Assembly: GCA_030867685.1 (NCBI GenBank)
Contig: JAQOWU010000003.1
Span: 558,001-622,000, forward strand
Origin: Wickerhamiella versatilis
Lineage: Eukaryota
DNA: 64,000 bases
Reading direction: 5' to 3'
Under the pieces are notes generated by a model. The model did not search any database. It worked only from the letters and a program-made list of their open reading frames with translations, and was not told where the DNA came from. Below, in pieces: positions 32,822 to 42,699 of this stretch. Position 1 is the stretch's first letter. Each line of letters begins with the position of its first letter. The translations under genes were made by a program, and so were the position numbers.

Positions 32822-35800
32822 TCAGACTAATCCTGGACTTACGGGGGAAAAGGTCTGCATATCTGTCTCTGGTTGAGGAGAGGAGGTAAGAGGCTCATTA
32901 TCAAGTGCAACGCTCTTAGTCTGATTGTTCACTTTATAAATCCCCACAAGACGATCTGCAAGTTCAAACATATTGTGACGCAACGATATAACTATGAACT
33001 GTCCGTTTCGCGTACGATTTCTGATGTATTCCGCGACGACCGAAACATTCCGGAAGTCTAAAGCAGCATCAATCTCGTCCATCACATAGAGAGGGGTTGG
33101 CTTGTAATGATGTAGAGCAAAAACTAAGGCAAGTGAGCTTAATGTCTTCTCACCGCCACTAAGATTGGCAACATTCCGCCATGATTTACGTGGCGGCATT
33201 ACGCTGAAAGCAATACCCTCCGCAAAAGGGTCCAATGAATCGACTAATTCTAGTTCAGCATTTCCTCCCATTGTGATCAGCTGGTACATTTCCTTCAGTT
33301 TCCCAGATATTTCATAGAATCCGGTCATGAACTCTGATCTTCGGCGACACTTCAATGTTTCACGAGCCTCGCACGACTGTTCATATTTTTCCAGAATTTG
33401 TTGCGACACTTCCGCGCGCTCACGATACTCAAAAAAGCGGCTGCGGTATCGTTCCAGAACAGAATTGTTGATCTGTTTATGCCCGACTTGACGCTCAAGA
33501 TGCTCTATTTCACTTCTTAACATACCATCATCAAGTGATTCACAGTCTTCAGCAGTGACCACGGGTAGCTCGTCACGGACTTCATCCGCAGTCTCGGTGT
33601 CATTAAGGTCACAGGCCTGGGCAAGATCATGCAAAATCAACTGATCTCTCTGGTATTGAAGTTTCTGAATTCGTGCTGTAGCCTCTGCAAGTAATTTTTC
33701 GTGATGTTTGAGCTCATTCTGTAGTTCAAGCTCATTTCGCCGAGAGTCATCCACTGAACCTTGAACTGTGACCAAATCTGTACGTTTCTCCTCAAGCTGC
33801 TGGTCCAAAATGATCTTGGACTTTGCGGTTTGCTCTGAATTTTGCTCGGACTCTGCTAACTCTCCAGCTAGTTTATTGTGGGCTGTCTCTGTCTCTGTCT
33901 TGTCTGCTGTCATTTTTTCCAGAGATTGCTCAACGTTGACTAGATCAGCTTCTGCTTTAGACAGTTGTGTGGATGCTCGTACCTGATCAGTCCTTAGCTG
34001 TGCTTGCCGCTTTGCTAGATCATCTAACATCTGCTCCAAATCCCGAACTTTCGAGGTCTGTTCTCGCATCTCCAGACCGCCCATCTCAAGCACCTTTTCC
34101 TGCAGTTCCTCTTTTTGCTTTATCATATCGGCTAGTGGCCCTCGCTCAACTTCTTCTTTGCTATGGGTGAATCGTTCGAAGTCTAACGACCTCTCGACAT
34201 TTGCAAGCTCGGTTTTGTGCTTTTCCAGATCCGAAGCGAGGTCTTTTTTGCGCTGAGACTCTACATCTAATTGTTTCTTGAGCTCTGAAACCGTAAATTC
34301 AAGTTTTGAGATCTCCGGCCGAACAAGGGGGAGCTCTGCGGATGCTTCTTCTCGTCTCTGGATGCAATTTGCCAACTTCTGCTTTGCTTCGGCTTCTGAA
34401 AATTCCGCAGATGCCAGGGAACGTTCAATGTTTCTCAAATCTTCGGCTGAAACTTCAGATTCCGGATTTATAGCATTACCCGTTTTTATTAACCCACGAA
34501 TCGGTCTGCCACCACCGGTCATGGCACCGCTGGAGGATACCACCATTCCATCCGTGGTAACAACGCGAGAGACACCCGGCCGCCTGAAACGACCAAACAC
34601 TACCTCACGAGCATGGTTTAAAGTCTCCGCAACCATCGTACCACCAAGTGCGAACCTAAACGCGGGATGAAACTTAGGATCAACAGGTTTCACGATGTCA
34701 ATACATCGCTTACAACCTTCCGGAATATCACTGGTGTTTTTTCGAGGAATCAGCTTGTCAAGCACAATGAATCTTGACCGCCCGAGTCGAGCTTCACGTA
34801 GCATTTGCACACATTTCGCTGCAGTAGCCTGACTATCGACAACAAAATTATTCAATGCAGCGCCACCAGCAGTAGAAATAGCACAATCGTAGTTCGCAGA
34901 GGTGGAGCCAAGATCTCCAAGTCTTCCATAGAACCCACGTGTACCTCTGAGTAGCGCTTCTACACGCCCGCGTGTTTGCGTACTCTGACGCTGAGATCGT
35001 GCCATCTGTAATCTACGCTTTTGGTCGCGTACAAGATTTTGGAGCTCGTTAAGCTCCTTCTCAGATGCCGGAATAGCCGCTTCGGCTTCTTGCTGCACTT
35101 GTTGCCAATGTTCTTGCTTCTTCAGAAGTTCCTTAAGCCCTGTTCTCAGCTTCTTTCCCTGTTCACTGATATCGTGCCGGATTGCGAAATTCTCATCAAA
35201 TTTGGCTTGCACTCGTCTTAAATTTTCCTTTGCGTCCTCAACAAGTCGGCGCGCTTGTACCTCCTCAGCTTCTATCTCCCGGATCCTCTGATAAAAAGGT
35301 GCAGCCTTTGCATCTATCAAGCTGATTTTCTGGCTTTCTACTTGAGATTTGCCACGAACTCGCTCTTGTAGTTCGCTAAGTTGCTGTCGACTCGTTTGAA
35401 GTGATGATGCAAGGGTTACGCGACGCTTTTCCGCTTCATCTTTTTCTGATTCAATAGTTTGCAACCTCTGACGAAGATATTCAGCTTCCTTCCTAGCAGC
35501 TTGGCCATCGCGGTCAAGTTTCCGCCCGCGTGTTTCAAGCGCTCTCTGACGCTCTTGTGCTTTAACAAAGGAAACCTGCTTTCGCCTCAATATCGACTTA
35601 TCTTCCTCTAGCTTCTTGTTGACTTTTTTGGCCTCGGCGGATAATCTGGAAATTTCAGCCTGCAGCTCGCCTAGGCGGATTTGATCTTCACTAAGTTTCT
35701 CTAGCCTTTCAGCCTGCGCCTCTCTCGCCTTATCCACACCAGCCTGGGCTTCTTCCTTGGCGATTTCTTGAGCGTGTGACTTCCATGCAAAATAGCGCGC

Positions 35801-36709
35801 CTTGGCTTTCGTTAGTGCATTTTGCGCATGCATCTCCGCCTCTATAGCAGACCTCTCCTCATTAAGATTGGCAAGATCGCGGCCAACGTGCTCAGCACGC
35901 TCCATAGCAGCCTCGTACTCGAGCTGTAGTGACTCAATCTCGGATTCAAAGGTGACGAGCTGCGGCTTATAATCTGCAGTACCTATTATATCTTCAAGAT
36001 ATTCGAGCAACCCATCATCGTGCTCGTTCTCAGCCTTAGGTTTCATCATTGCAATAGACTCCACCTCACCCTGAAGAATAAGAAACCGCTTATGGTCGAG
36101 ATCAATGCCGCGTTGCCGCAGTAGTCGCGTTACAGCTGCATGGCTTGAACTCCGACCATCGACATCGTAACTTGAGCCGGTAGCCCTACTGACATTTCTA
36201 GCCACTACAAGCTCTGTTCCCTGAATCACAACGTCTCCACGAGCTTCTGCAAAGTGAACTTCCACACGACATGCTTGGACATTTGGATGTGCATCGGAGG
36301 CATGAATGAGGTTTTCCAACTTATCGTGACGCATTTTCTTTGCTCTAAAGCCAAATACAAATAGCAATGAATCAATTACATTGGATTTGCCGCTGCCATT
36401 GGGTCCTACCACAGCTGTAAAATGGGTTGTGAATGGCCCAATTTCCTGACGTCCATAATACGACTTAAAATTTTCTAAGACCAACTTCGTGATAACAAGT
36501 CTTGGTGCTTCGTATCTCGCAGTTGAAGATATATCAGAGCGCGCTGGGGATCCAATAGATTTTTTGACGATTGGAGAACGTGCCGGTGACAATATAGTCG
36601 ACCTCGCAGGTGAATGCAATGGTGAACGCGACGGTTCTATTTGAATTGGTGAGCCCTCTACCGATTCTCGCTGGGGCGACTCCGCCTGTTGGCTTCGTGC
36701 GGGCTCCAT
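32822..36709 (-). CDS. SMC4: Condensin subunit Smc4
   Basis: GPNGSGKSNVIDSLLFVFG, hinge, LSGGEKTLSSLALVFALHHYKPTPLYVMDEIDAALD. Confidence 0.97.
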   Translation of the reverse strand: MEPARSQQAESPQRESVEGSPIQIEPSRSPLHSPARSTILSPARSPIVKKSIGSPARSDISSTARYEAPRLVITKLVLENFKSYYGRQEIGPFTTHFTAVVGPNGSGKSNVIDSLLFVFGFRAKKMRHDKLENLIHASDAHPNVQACRVEVHFAEARGDVVIQGTELVVARNVSRATGSSYDVDGRSSSHAAVTRLLRQRGIDLDHKRFLILQGEVESIAMMKPKAENEHDDGLLEYLEDIIGTADYKPQLVTFESEIESLQLEYEAAMERAEHVGRDLANLNEERSAIEAEMHAQNALTKAKARYFAWKSHAQEIAKEEAQAGVDKAREAQAERLEKLSEDQIRLGELQAEISRLSAEAKKVNKKLEEDKSILRRKQVSFVKAQERQRALETRGRKLDRDGQAARKEAEYLRQRLQTIESEKDEAEKRRVTLASSLQTSRQQLSELQERVRGKSQVESQKISLIDAKAAPFYQRIREIEAEEVQARRLVEDAKENLRRVQAKFDENFAIRHDISEQGKKLRTGLKELLKKQEHWQQVQQEAEAAIPASEKELNELQNLVRDQKRRLQMARSQRQSTQTRGRVEALLRGTRGFYGRLGDLGSTSANYDCAISTAGGAALNNFVVDSQATAAKCVQMLREARLGRSRFIVLDKLIPRKNTSDIPEGCKRCIDIVKPVDPKFHPAFRFALGGTMVAETLNHAREVVFGRFRRPGVSRVVTTDGMVVSSSGAMTGGGRPIRGLIKTGNAINPESEVSAEDLRNIERSLASAEFSEAEAKQKLANCIQRREEASAELPLVRPEISKLEFTVSELKKQLDVESQRKKDLASDLEKHKTELANVERSLDFERFTHSKEEVERGPLADMIKQKEELQEKVLEMGGLEMREQTSKVRDLEQMLDDLAKRQAQLRTDQVRASTQLSKAEADLVNVEQSLEKMTADKTETETAHNKLAGELAESEQNSEQTAKSKIILDQQLEEKRTDLVTVQGSVDDSRRNELELQNELKHHEKLLAEATARIQKLQYQRDQLILHDLAQACDLNDTETADEVRDELPVVTAEDCESLDDGMLRSEIEHLERQVGHKQINNSVLERYRSRFFEYRERAEVSQQILEKYEQSCEARETLKCRRRSEFMTGFYEISGKLKEMYQLITMGGNAELELVDSLDPFAEGIAFSVMPPRKSWRNVANLSGGEKTLSSLALVFALHHYKPTPLYVMDEIDAALDFRNVSVVAEYIRNRTRNGQFIVISLRHNMFELADRLVGIYKVNNQTKSVALDNEPLTSSPQPETDMQTFSPVSPGLV

Positions 36710-37140
36710 GCTAGCTGTGTTTACCTTCGCGTCACTTAGTCACCGTACCACTCGATGAGTCAGATAATGACCAGTTGACCAGTAACTCTAGAAAGTATCA
36801 AGAATATTATAAGTGAGCAATAAATACGCATTGTAGTATGCCAATTGTCTATATGGGTCTCAATTCGGTCATACTTTTAGTCTAGGTTGTTGTAATTGCC
36901 CTAATCACATAAAAATGGATCATGGCTAACAGTATAGGCCAAGACAACCCCAGCTTTCTCTAGATGCAATGGTATGATATTGTAGCCATTCATCTATAGG
37001 TAATAAATATATTCCAGCCTTCTGTACCTATACCTGCCCTATTCTCCCCCTGTAGATTGTTTATATTAGGTGGGTCCATCTCCATCCATAGCCCTAGCCC
37101 ACTGAGGTAAACAATCTGAAAGACGCTTTGACAAGGTGTG

Positions 37141-37587
37141 ATGCCAGCCACATCGCCTGGTCGTATTACCAAAGTGCCAGAATTACGTCCTCCTAGTCAC
37201 TCCGAGTTTGTTTCCGGGATATCAACTCAATCAAAGCCCAGGACTTCCAGTTCTGCATGTTTCACCAGGTCTCAGTCAACTAAGTCAGAAAGTCAGGGGA
37301 CTTTGAGCCCACCACCAATGACCTGGAGTACCATCATTGCATTTGCTTGTGGAGCTACCATAACAGAAATGTCTGGAATATCCTTAGCAACAACATTGGT
37401 CTTGATTGCAGTCGCTTGGATGAACCTAGGCCAAAAAAAAGCCCAAAAAGAAACGCAAAACTTGCGGGAAGAGTCACCATTATCACCTCTCAAGTTTCCT
37501 GGTAAGCCCCAGAGCATACGGCCTCGCGATCGACAACCACCGCTATTTCCAGCGGATGGCGAGTTTTCTGCCCGCCCGTACGGTTGA
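37141..37587 (+). CDS. Hypothetical small membrane protein
   Basis: 148 aa ORF with a central hydrophobic stretch and Ser/Pro-rich flanks; no family recognised. Confidence 0.4.
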   Translation: MPATSPGRITKVPELRPPSHSEFVSGISTQSKPRTSSSACFTRSQSTKSESQGTLSPPPMTWSTIIAFACGATITEMSGISLATTLVLIAVAWMNLGQKKAQKETQNLREESPLSPLKFPGKPQSIRPRDRQPPLFPADGEFSARPYG

Positions 37588-37751
37588 ATTAGTTGGTTGC
37601 TTGTTCGTTAACATGGGTCGTATGGTGGCCACGCTACATACCTGAGAGAATAACCTGTCGATAAGTTGATCTCGCCAAGTGAAAAGCATACTTAGTGTTT
37701 GTCAATTCGGCACTGTTATTGCTTTATTTTGTAGAATGAAATTAAATACTA

Positions 37752-37775
37752 AATATAATATAATATAATATAATT
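37752..37775. repeat. (ATATA)n pentanucleotide microsatellite
   Basis: AATATAATATAATATAATATAAT between convergent ORFs. Confidence 0.8.
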
Positions 37776-37860
37776 TATAAACTTTGCAAGAAATACCCTC
37801 CGCCCACGGCTAAGCGTATCAAATTTATGACCACAATAATCAGATCAAATGCTAACAGAC

Positions 37861-38271
37861 TTAAAGTTGAACCAAGGGACCGAGATGTTTACCAGCGCAC
37901 AATGCTTCCTTCGGCAAGGACTTTTGCTGGCTCATATCAGCTGAAACAACAGAGTCCTTTCCTGTGAGGTGCAGAAGCTTTTGTGAGTTAACGGGATGCT
38001 CTGAGACGTAGTCAGTGAAGTCGTAGACTTGGCCATTGACTGCGAGCCAAACGCCTTGGCCAGATGAATTATGACGAGCAATATCCTCAGCCGATACTCC
38101 ACGCGTGAGAGCAAAAACAGAAGTGTTAGCAACATATGCCATGAACATAGTGGCGCCGATGCCCATTGAAATGGCCCGTGCATAAGGGAAGCTACCTCTA
38201 GCCCCTGAAGACAAAAGCCGGCGAGATGCCAATGGAAGAGACAATCGAGACAATCGAGAAACTGCAAACAT
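37861..38271 (-). CDS. Stand-alone cytochrome b5-like domain with mitochondrial presequence (resembles Cyb2 N-terminus); may be a gene remnant
   Basis: Arg/Ser presequence, hydrophobic segment, VSAEDIARHN..VWLAVNGQVYDFTDY..EHP..GKD..KHLGPL, then stop. Confidence 0.7.
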   Translation of the reverse strand: MFAVSRLSRLSLPLASRRLLSSGARGSFPYARAISMGIGATMFMAYVANTSVFALTRGVSAEDIARHNSSGQGVWLAVNGQVYDFTDYVSEHPVNSQKLLHLTGKDSVVSADMSQQKSLPKEALCAGKHLGPLVQL

Positions 38272-39143
38272 GAATTAAAAACCTATGATGTTCTAACAAG
38301 GGTGCCAATCAGTCAACTAATAAAGCTCCCAGGAAGGTACGATTTACGACCGTGCATTTTTCCGTAAGGGTATGGGTTGTATGGGATATTCTTCAGAGAA
38401 ACACGGAGAGAAGACCGTATTAGCGCAAAATTGTTCCAGAAGACTAGACTGTAAGCCGCAACTCGATCCTAAAAATAATTTCGTAATTTCATGTATTTCC
38501 TATCCTGTTAAAAGTTCCATCAACGTTGATTATGTCACTTTTTTTCCGAATACGCCCGAAAGTATAATTAGACACATTTATTGCTTAAGTTCATTGATTT
38601 TTGTATTAACCATCGTATAACTTTTGAATGTTTATTTACTCCATCTAAAGTGAACTTACTTCTTATCGTTTAGAAAGGATTTCGTATAGTACGTATTCCT
38701 ATCAATATGTGTACCCAAACCCTCATTGAAATAGGTGACAGAAAGCGAATGCTGAAAATGTCTATTTATCCGATAACAGAGATAGATCTTGTATCTTAGG
38801 CAAGATTCAGTCTCATTACCTGTGTGAATTTGCAAAAATGGTAATATAATGGACCATTGGTAATAAATCTTCGTCTTTTTCTGACTCTTAGATACATCTT
38901 CTCGAGAATAAGCAGTTTTGTACGGCGCAAGGTGGCAAGAAAACGCGAGCTCCGGAAAAAAATATATTTTGAATATCTAATTTTCAATGGGACATGCTAA
39001 TATTCATGTTTAGGAGCCTCAGTCCCAAAGATTCGCGCATTACAGGTGTGATATCTAGGAAACATCAATGGCTCAGATTTTCTACGTATCATATTTTGTT
39101 TTGAGTAATTGAAACAACTTAATGGTCTGAAAGTGAGGAAATA

Positions 39144-39192
39144 CCGCGCCGCCGCTGCCACTGCCGTCACTGCCGCCACCGCTGCCGCTTCC
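39144..39192. repeat. Imperfect GC-rich (GCC/GCT/ACT) triplet tract upstream of SGS1
   Basis: CCGCGCCGCCGCTGCCACTGCCGTCACTGCCGCCACCGCTGCCGCTTCC in AT-rich intergenic DNA. Confidence 0.8.
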
Positions 39193-39264
39193 ACAATAGC
39201 CAGACGAACGCGTCAGGTGATGATTACATACTTCATTGAATCTGACGCGCTGACGGTGTAAACA

Positions 39265-41664
39265 ATGCGACCTCGGAATAACCTTCCGGGGAGTATAAGG
39301 TGGTTGGAAGAGAACGACTCGAGTATTCCGAAAGTAAATTTTCTAACTCTTCTTGCTGGTAAGCCTCAAAGCTCTGCAGTTCGAGGGCCTGACCTAGAAA
39401 AGGCTGGGCCATCAGATAGACCGGCATGTCCCAGTACACCTAAAAGGAATACAGTAATTGATCTCACAGGCAGCTCACCACCATTAGACTCTGAGATAGT
39501 TCTTCTTTCTTCGTCACCATGTGAAAGCCGCCAAAATGTGTGGCCCAGCCAGTCAACCCAAGGAATCGCTAATACCCCCTTGGTGTGGCAGCCAGCGCAG
39601 CCTCCCTTCGAGTCAGAATTCAGCGATGCCGCAAGTAGAGATGACGAAATTATACTATTATCTTCCCAAACATCCGAGGATGATCTCAAACGGGCTAACC
39701 CACTGCAAGAGCATCACCAAGAGGACTCTGATGATGATGGCATAGATTTACTTGGAAGCAGTGACGATATAGACCTCCTTGCTGTGAACCAGCTTCCTCA
39801 AGGTATACCAGAAGATGAAGAAATCAGGCCTTGGACCCATGATATATACGATCTCTTGAGACATAGATTTGGTCTCAGCTACTTTCGAGGGAACCAGGCA
39901 TCTGCTATCAATGCAACTCTAGCTGGCCAAGATGTTGTTGTCCTCATGCCCACTGGGGGTGGTAAGAGTCTTTGCTATCAGCTGCCAGCCTTGGTTTCGT
40001 CAGGCTCTACAAGTGGCACAACAGTGGTAGTTTCACCGCTCATATCTCTAATGAAGGATCAAGTATACCACCTGCAGATGCGTGGTATCAAAGCTGAAAT
40101 GATTAATTCACATCTCTCGCAAACAGAAAGAGAGCACGTATTTCGTGACCTAGAAGCCGGCAGCCTTGCCCTGGTCTACGTATCACCAGAGCTTCTCGCA
40201 CAATCTGGAAGGATGACGAAATGTCTGCAAAAGCTAAAAGATATGGGTAAGTTGGCGCGAATTGTCATTGATGAGGCACATTGCGTGAGTCAATGGGGTC
40301 ACGATTTCAGACCTGAATATAAGCAGTTGGATTCCTTGAAGTCTCGTTATAATGGCACTCCTATCATCGCCTTGACTGCTACTGCTAATGCCCGTGTACT
40401 TTTGGATATACAGTCGTGCCTCAGGCCGCGGCCATTGGTTCTAACCCAGTCGTTTAATCGACCGAACCTTATATACCACATACTCAAGAAGCCATCGAAA
40501 ACAGCAATAGGCATTGTGGCTCAACTTTGCCATGCACATGCAGGCCAAACGGGAATTGTGTATTGTCTGTCCAAAAAAGCTGCAGAGCAAACAGCTGAAG
40601 ACTTGACATATCAGGGTATTAGTGCAAGCCATTACCATGCGGGAATGAGCACCCGTGATCGACAATTAGCCCAAGAAGACTGGCAGGAAGGAAAAATTCA
40701 TGTTATGTGCGCCACTACTGCTTTCGGCATGGGAATTGACAAGGCAGACGTGCGGTTCATCATTCATCATTCCATGCCCCGAACATTAGAGAATTACTAT
40801 CAGGAGACCGGTCGTGCTGGTCGCGACGGTCAATTATCCCACTGCTATTTGCTTTTTAGTGAAGACGATTTTTTCAGGGTCCGCCAGTGGATTCAGAGTG
40901 ATACAGACATTGCGCAGCGCCTGCGGGAGTTCCAGCTTGAACAACTTGAGCGCGTTCGTAATTTCTGCAGGAATGTCCAGGACTGCCGTAGACGCCAGGT
41001 CTTGCAGTACTTTGGCGAGAGTTTTGATCCCGCCGACTGTCGCAATACCTGCGATGTCTGTCAAAGCATGCTTGGCGAACAGACCGTGATGAAAGATGTG
41101 ACCGAGCAGTGCCGGGCCCTTCTGCAGATCATTCAGGCAGCTCATGTTCCACTTACACAGGCACGATGCATTGACGCCGCTCTTCGGCTCAATCAGCCTC
41201 CTGGTGAACAAAAAGATGCGCTTGATCGCCTGTTGCAGGAAATGAAGGCGGAAAATATTGTGGAAGAGTATACAGAGCTCAATGAGCACGGTATTGCCGA
41301 AGCATACATTCGCGTTGGGCAACGCTGTCCCCTGGTGATGAGTGGCGCCCAACCGGTATTTCTCCGCATGAAGAAGGTAGGGCCAGGTGAGGCGGGTAAT
41401 AGTGCTCTCCCCGGAGGGCTCAACTCCACAACAGCAGTATCCCGCAAAAGGACAAGAGCCTCTCCCACAAGAAGGGCCAAACGTGGAAGAGGTGGCTCGG
41501 TGTCCCGGGGCTCCTCCTCCCAATCAACTGGCCGGTACTCCCGGGGAGGTCGGGCAAGAGGTGGTGGGCGTGGAGGTCAAAAGCGAGCATCGTCACAAGC
41601 AAGAGGGCGTGGTAACAGGGAAGCATCAGGTGGATCAAGCTTTATTCGTACCTTGCGCCATTGA
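39265..41664 (+). CDS. SGS1: RecQ helicase Sgs1 (compact form)
   Basis: MPTGGGKSLCYQLP, DEAHCVSQWGHDFRP, YYQETGRAGRDG, RQC cysteines; N-terminal PRNNL...WL; MCB at 39208-39213. Confidence 0.9.
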   Translation: MRPRNNLPGSIRWLEENDSSIPKVNFLTLLAGKPQSSAVRGPDLEKAGPSDRPACPSTPKRNTVIDLTGSSPPLDSEIVLLSSSPCESRQNVWPSQSTQGIANTPLVWQPAQPPFESEFSDAASRDDEIILLSSQTSEDDLKRANPLQEHHQEDSDDDGIDLLGSSDDIDLLAVNQLPQGIPEDEEIRPWTHDIYDLLRHRFGLSYFRGNQASAINATLAGQDVVVLMPTGGGKSLCYQLPALVSSGSTSGTTVVVSPLISLMKDQVYHLQMRGIKAEMINSHLSQTEREHVFRDLEAGSLALVYVSPELLAQSGRMTKCLQKLKDMGKLARIVIDEAHCVSQWGHDFRPEYKQLDSLKSRYNGTPIIALTATANARVLLDIQSCLRPRPLVLTQSFNRPNLIYHILKKPSKTAIGIVAQLCHAHAGQTGIVYCLSKKAAEQTAEDLTYQGISASHYHAGMSTRDRQLAQEDWQEGKIHVMCATTAFGMGIDKADVRFIIHHSMPRTLENYYQETGRAGRDGQLSHCYLLFSEDDFFRVRQWIQSDTDIAQRLREFQLEQLERVRNFCRNVQDCRRRQVLQYFGESFDPADCRNTCDVCQSMLGEQTVMKDVTEQCRALLQIIQAAHVPLTQARCIDAALRLNQPPGEQKDALDRLLQEMKAENIVEEYTELNEHGIAEAYIRVGQRCPLVMSGAQPVFLRMKKVGPGEAGNSALPGGLNSTTAVSRKRTRASPTRRAKRGRGGSVSRGSSSQSTGRYSRGGRARGGGRGGQKRASSQARGRGNREASGGSSFIRTLRH

Positions 41665-41827
41665 AGGACAAACGCGAAACTAAAAGCAAAAGTACGTTAT
41701 ATATATATATTTATATATATTTATTTATATCGCATATCTTGCATGTAGATAATCTTCGTTAATATAGAATATAAATGCTTCATTTTCTCAACACATCCTA
41801 ATAGGACACAAGTCGCCCTTGTCACTT

Positions 41828-42421
41828 ATGGATGGTACTAGCGTCTTAGGGGTTGCTATCTTTATGGGGATAGTTGGTGGACTGGTTAGGCGTTGGCTCG
41901 ATCACGTTGAACAAGAATTTGCGCGCATTATGGCAGAGTTACAAGGTCAAATGTGGACATGGGTTCTGGCTGTCTGCACTTGCGTCCTTGTGTTGGGCGA
42001 GGTGAGGATGTGGATCCAAGGATGGCAGCAGCAGACCAGTTATGCTGCCTTTGCTGAGGACATAAAGGAAGAGGTAAGTTGTCAAAGAGAGGCCCTTATC
42101 AATGCGGTGCGGGAAGACAACCACAGAATTCGAAGTTGCGAGCAGCTAATTCCCACACCACTTTCCAGCCCTCAGAATCTCACACACAGGCATAGTAAAA
42201 TGAGGCTAGGCTGTGCTAACACCACTAATCGCAGCCCATCAAGGTACGTGGAGCAGAGCAATAATCACGAAAATGAAATGATGAGGAAAGAGCAATTGAA
42301 TAGCACAAAAATTCGAGAGCTCCAAGTGTCTGGGGGCCTCCCGCCTGATATAACAGAAAGACTGCCGCCGATGGTGGGAGCTAAATCTGCATTTCGACCC
42401 AGCGGAATATCTGTATTCTAG
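41828..42421 (+). CDS. Hypothetical protein with two N-terminal hydrophobic segments
   Basis: 197 aa ORF filling an otherwise empty slot between AT-rich flanks; no family recognised. Confidence 0.5.
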   Translation: MDGTSVLGVAIFMGIVGGLVRRWLDHVEQEFARIMAELQGQMWTWVLAVCTCVLVLGEVRMWIQGWQQQTSYAAFAEDIKEEVSCQREALINAVREDNHRIRSCEQLIPTPLSSPQNLTHRHSKMRLGCANTTNRSPSRYVEQSNNHENEMMRKEQLNSTKIRELQVSGGLPPDITERLPPMVGAKSAFRPSGISVF

Positions 42422-42699
42422 TAGTTTATTTCTCTAGTACATATTTCAATAAAGCTGGGGTAGCCGGCCAGCTGGCTTATCACACGAATTCACCCAAGAC
42501 ATAAATGCAGTGAAGATCACAAAATAAATCCAAGTCAATTCAATTCAATTCTAACCTGTGGCTCATTTCGTTAAATTTTTTTTCTTTCTTTCCTTAACCA
42601 TTGGACGGTCAATTCCCCCTACCAGGATGAGCAGTCTGCCAGGACGTCCTACCTGACTAACGTGGGTCGAAGTGTGTGGGAAACCCAGTGGGCGTTGCG

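Noticed and set aside
40834..41523. 229 aa ORF antisense to SGS1
   Set aside because: GC-rich antisense shadow with no domain signal
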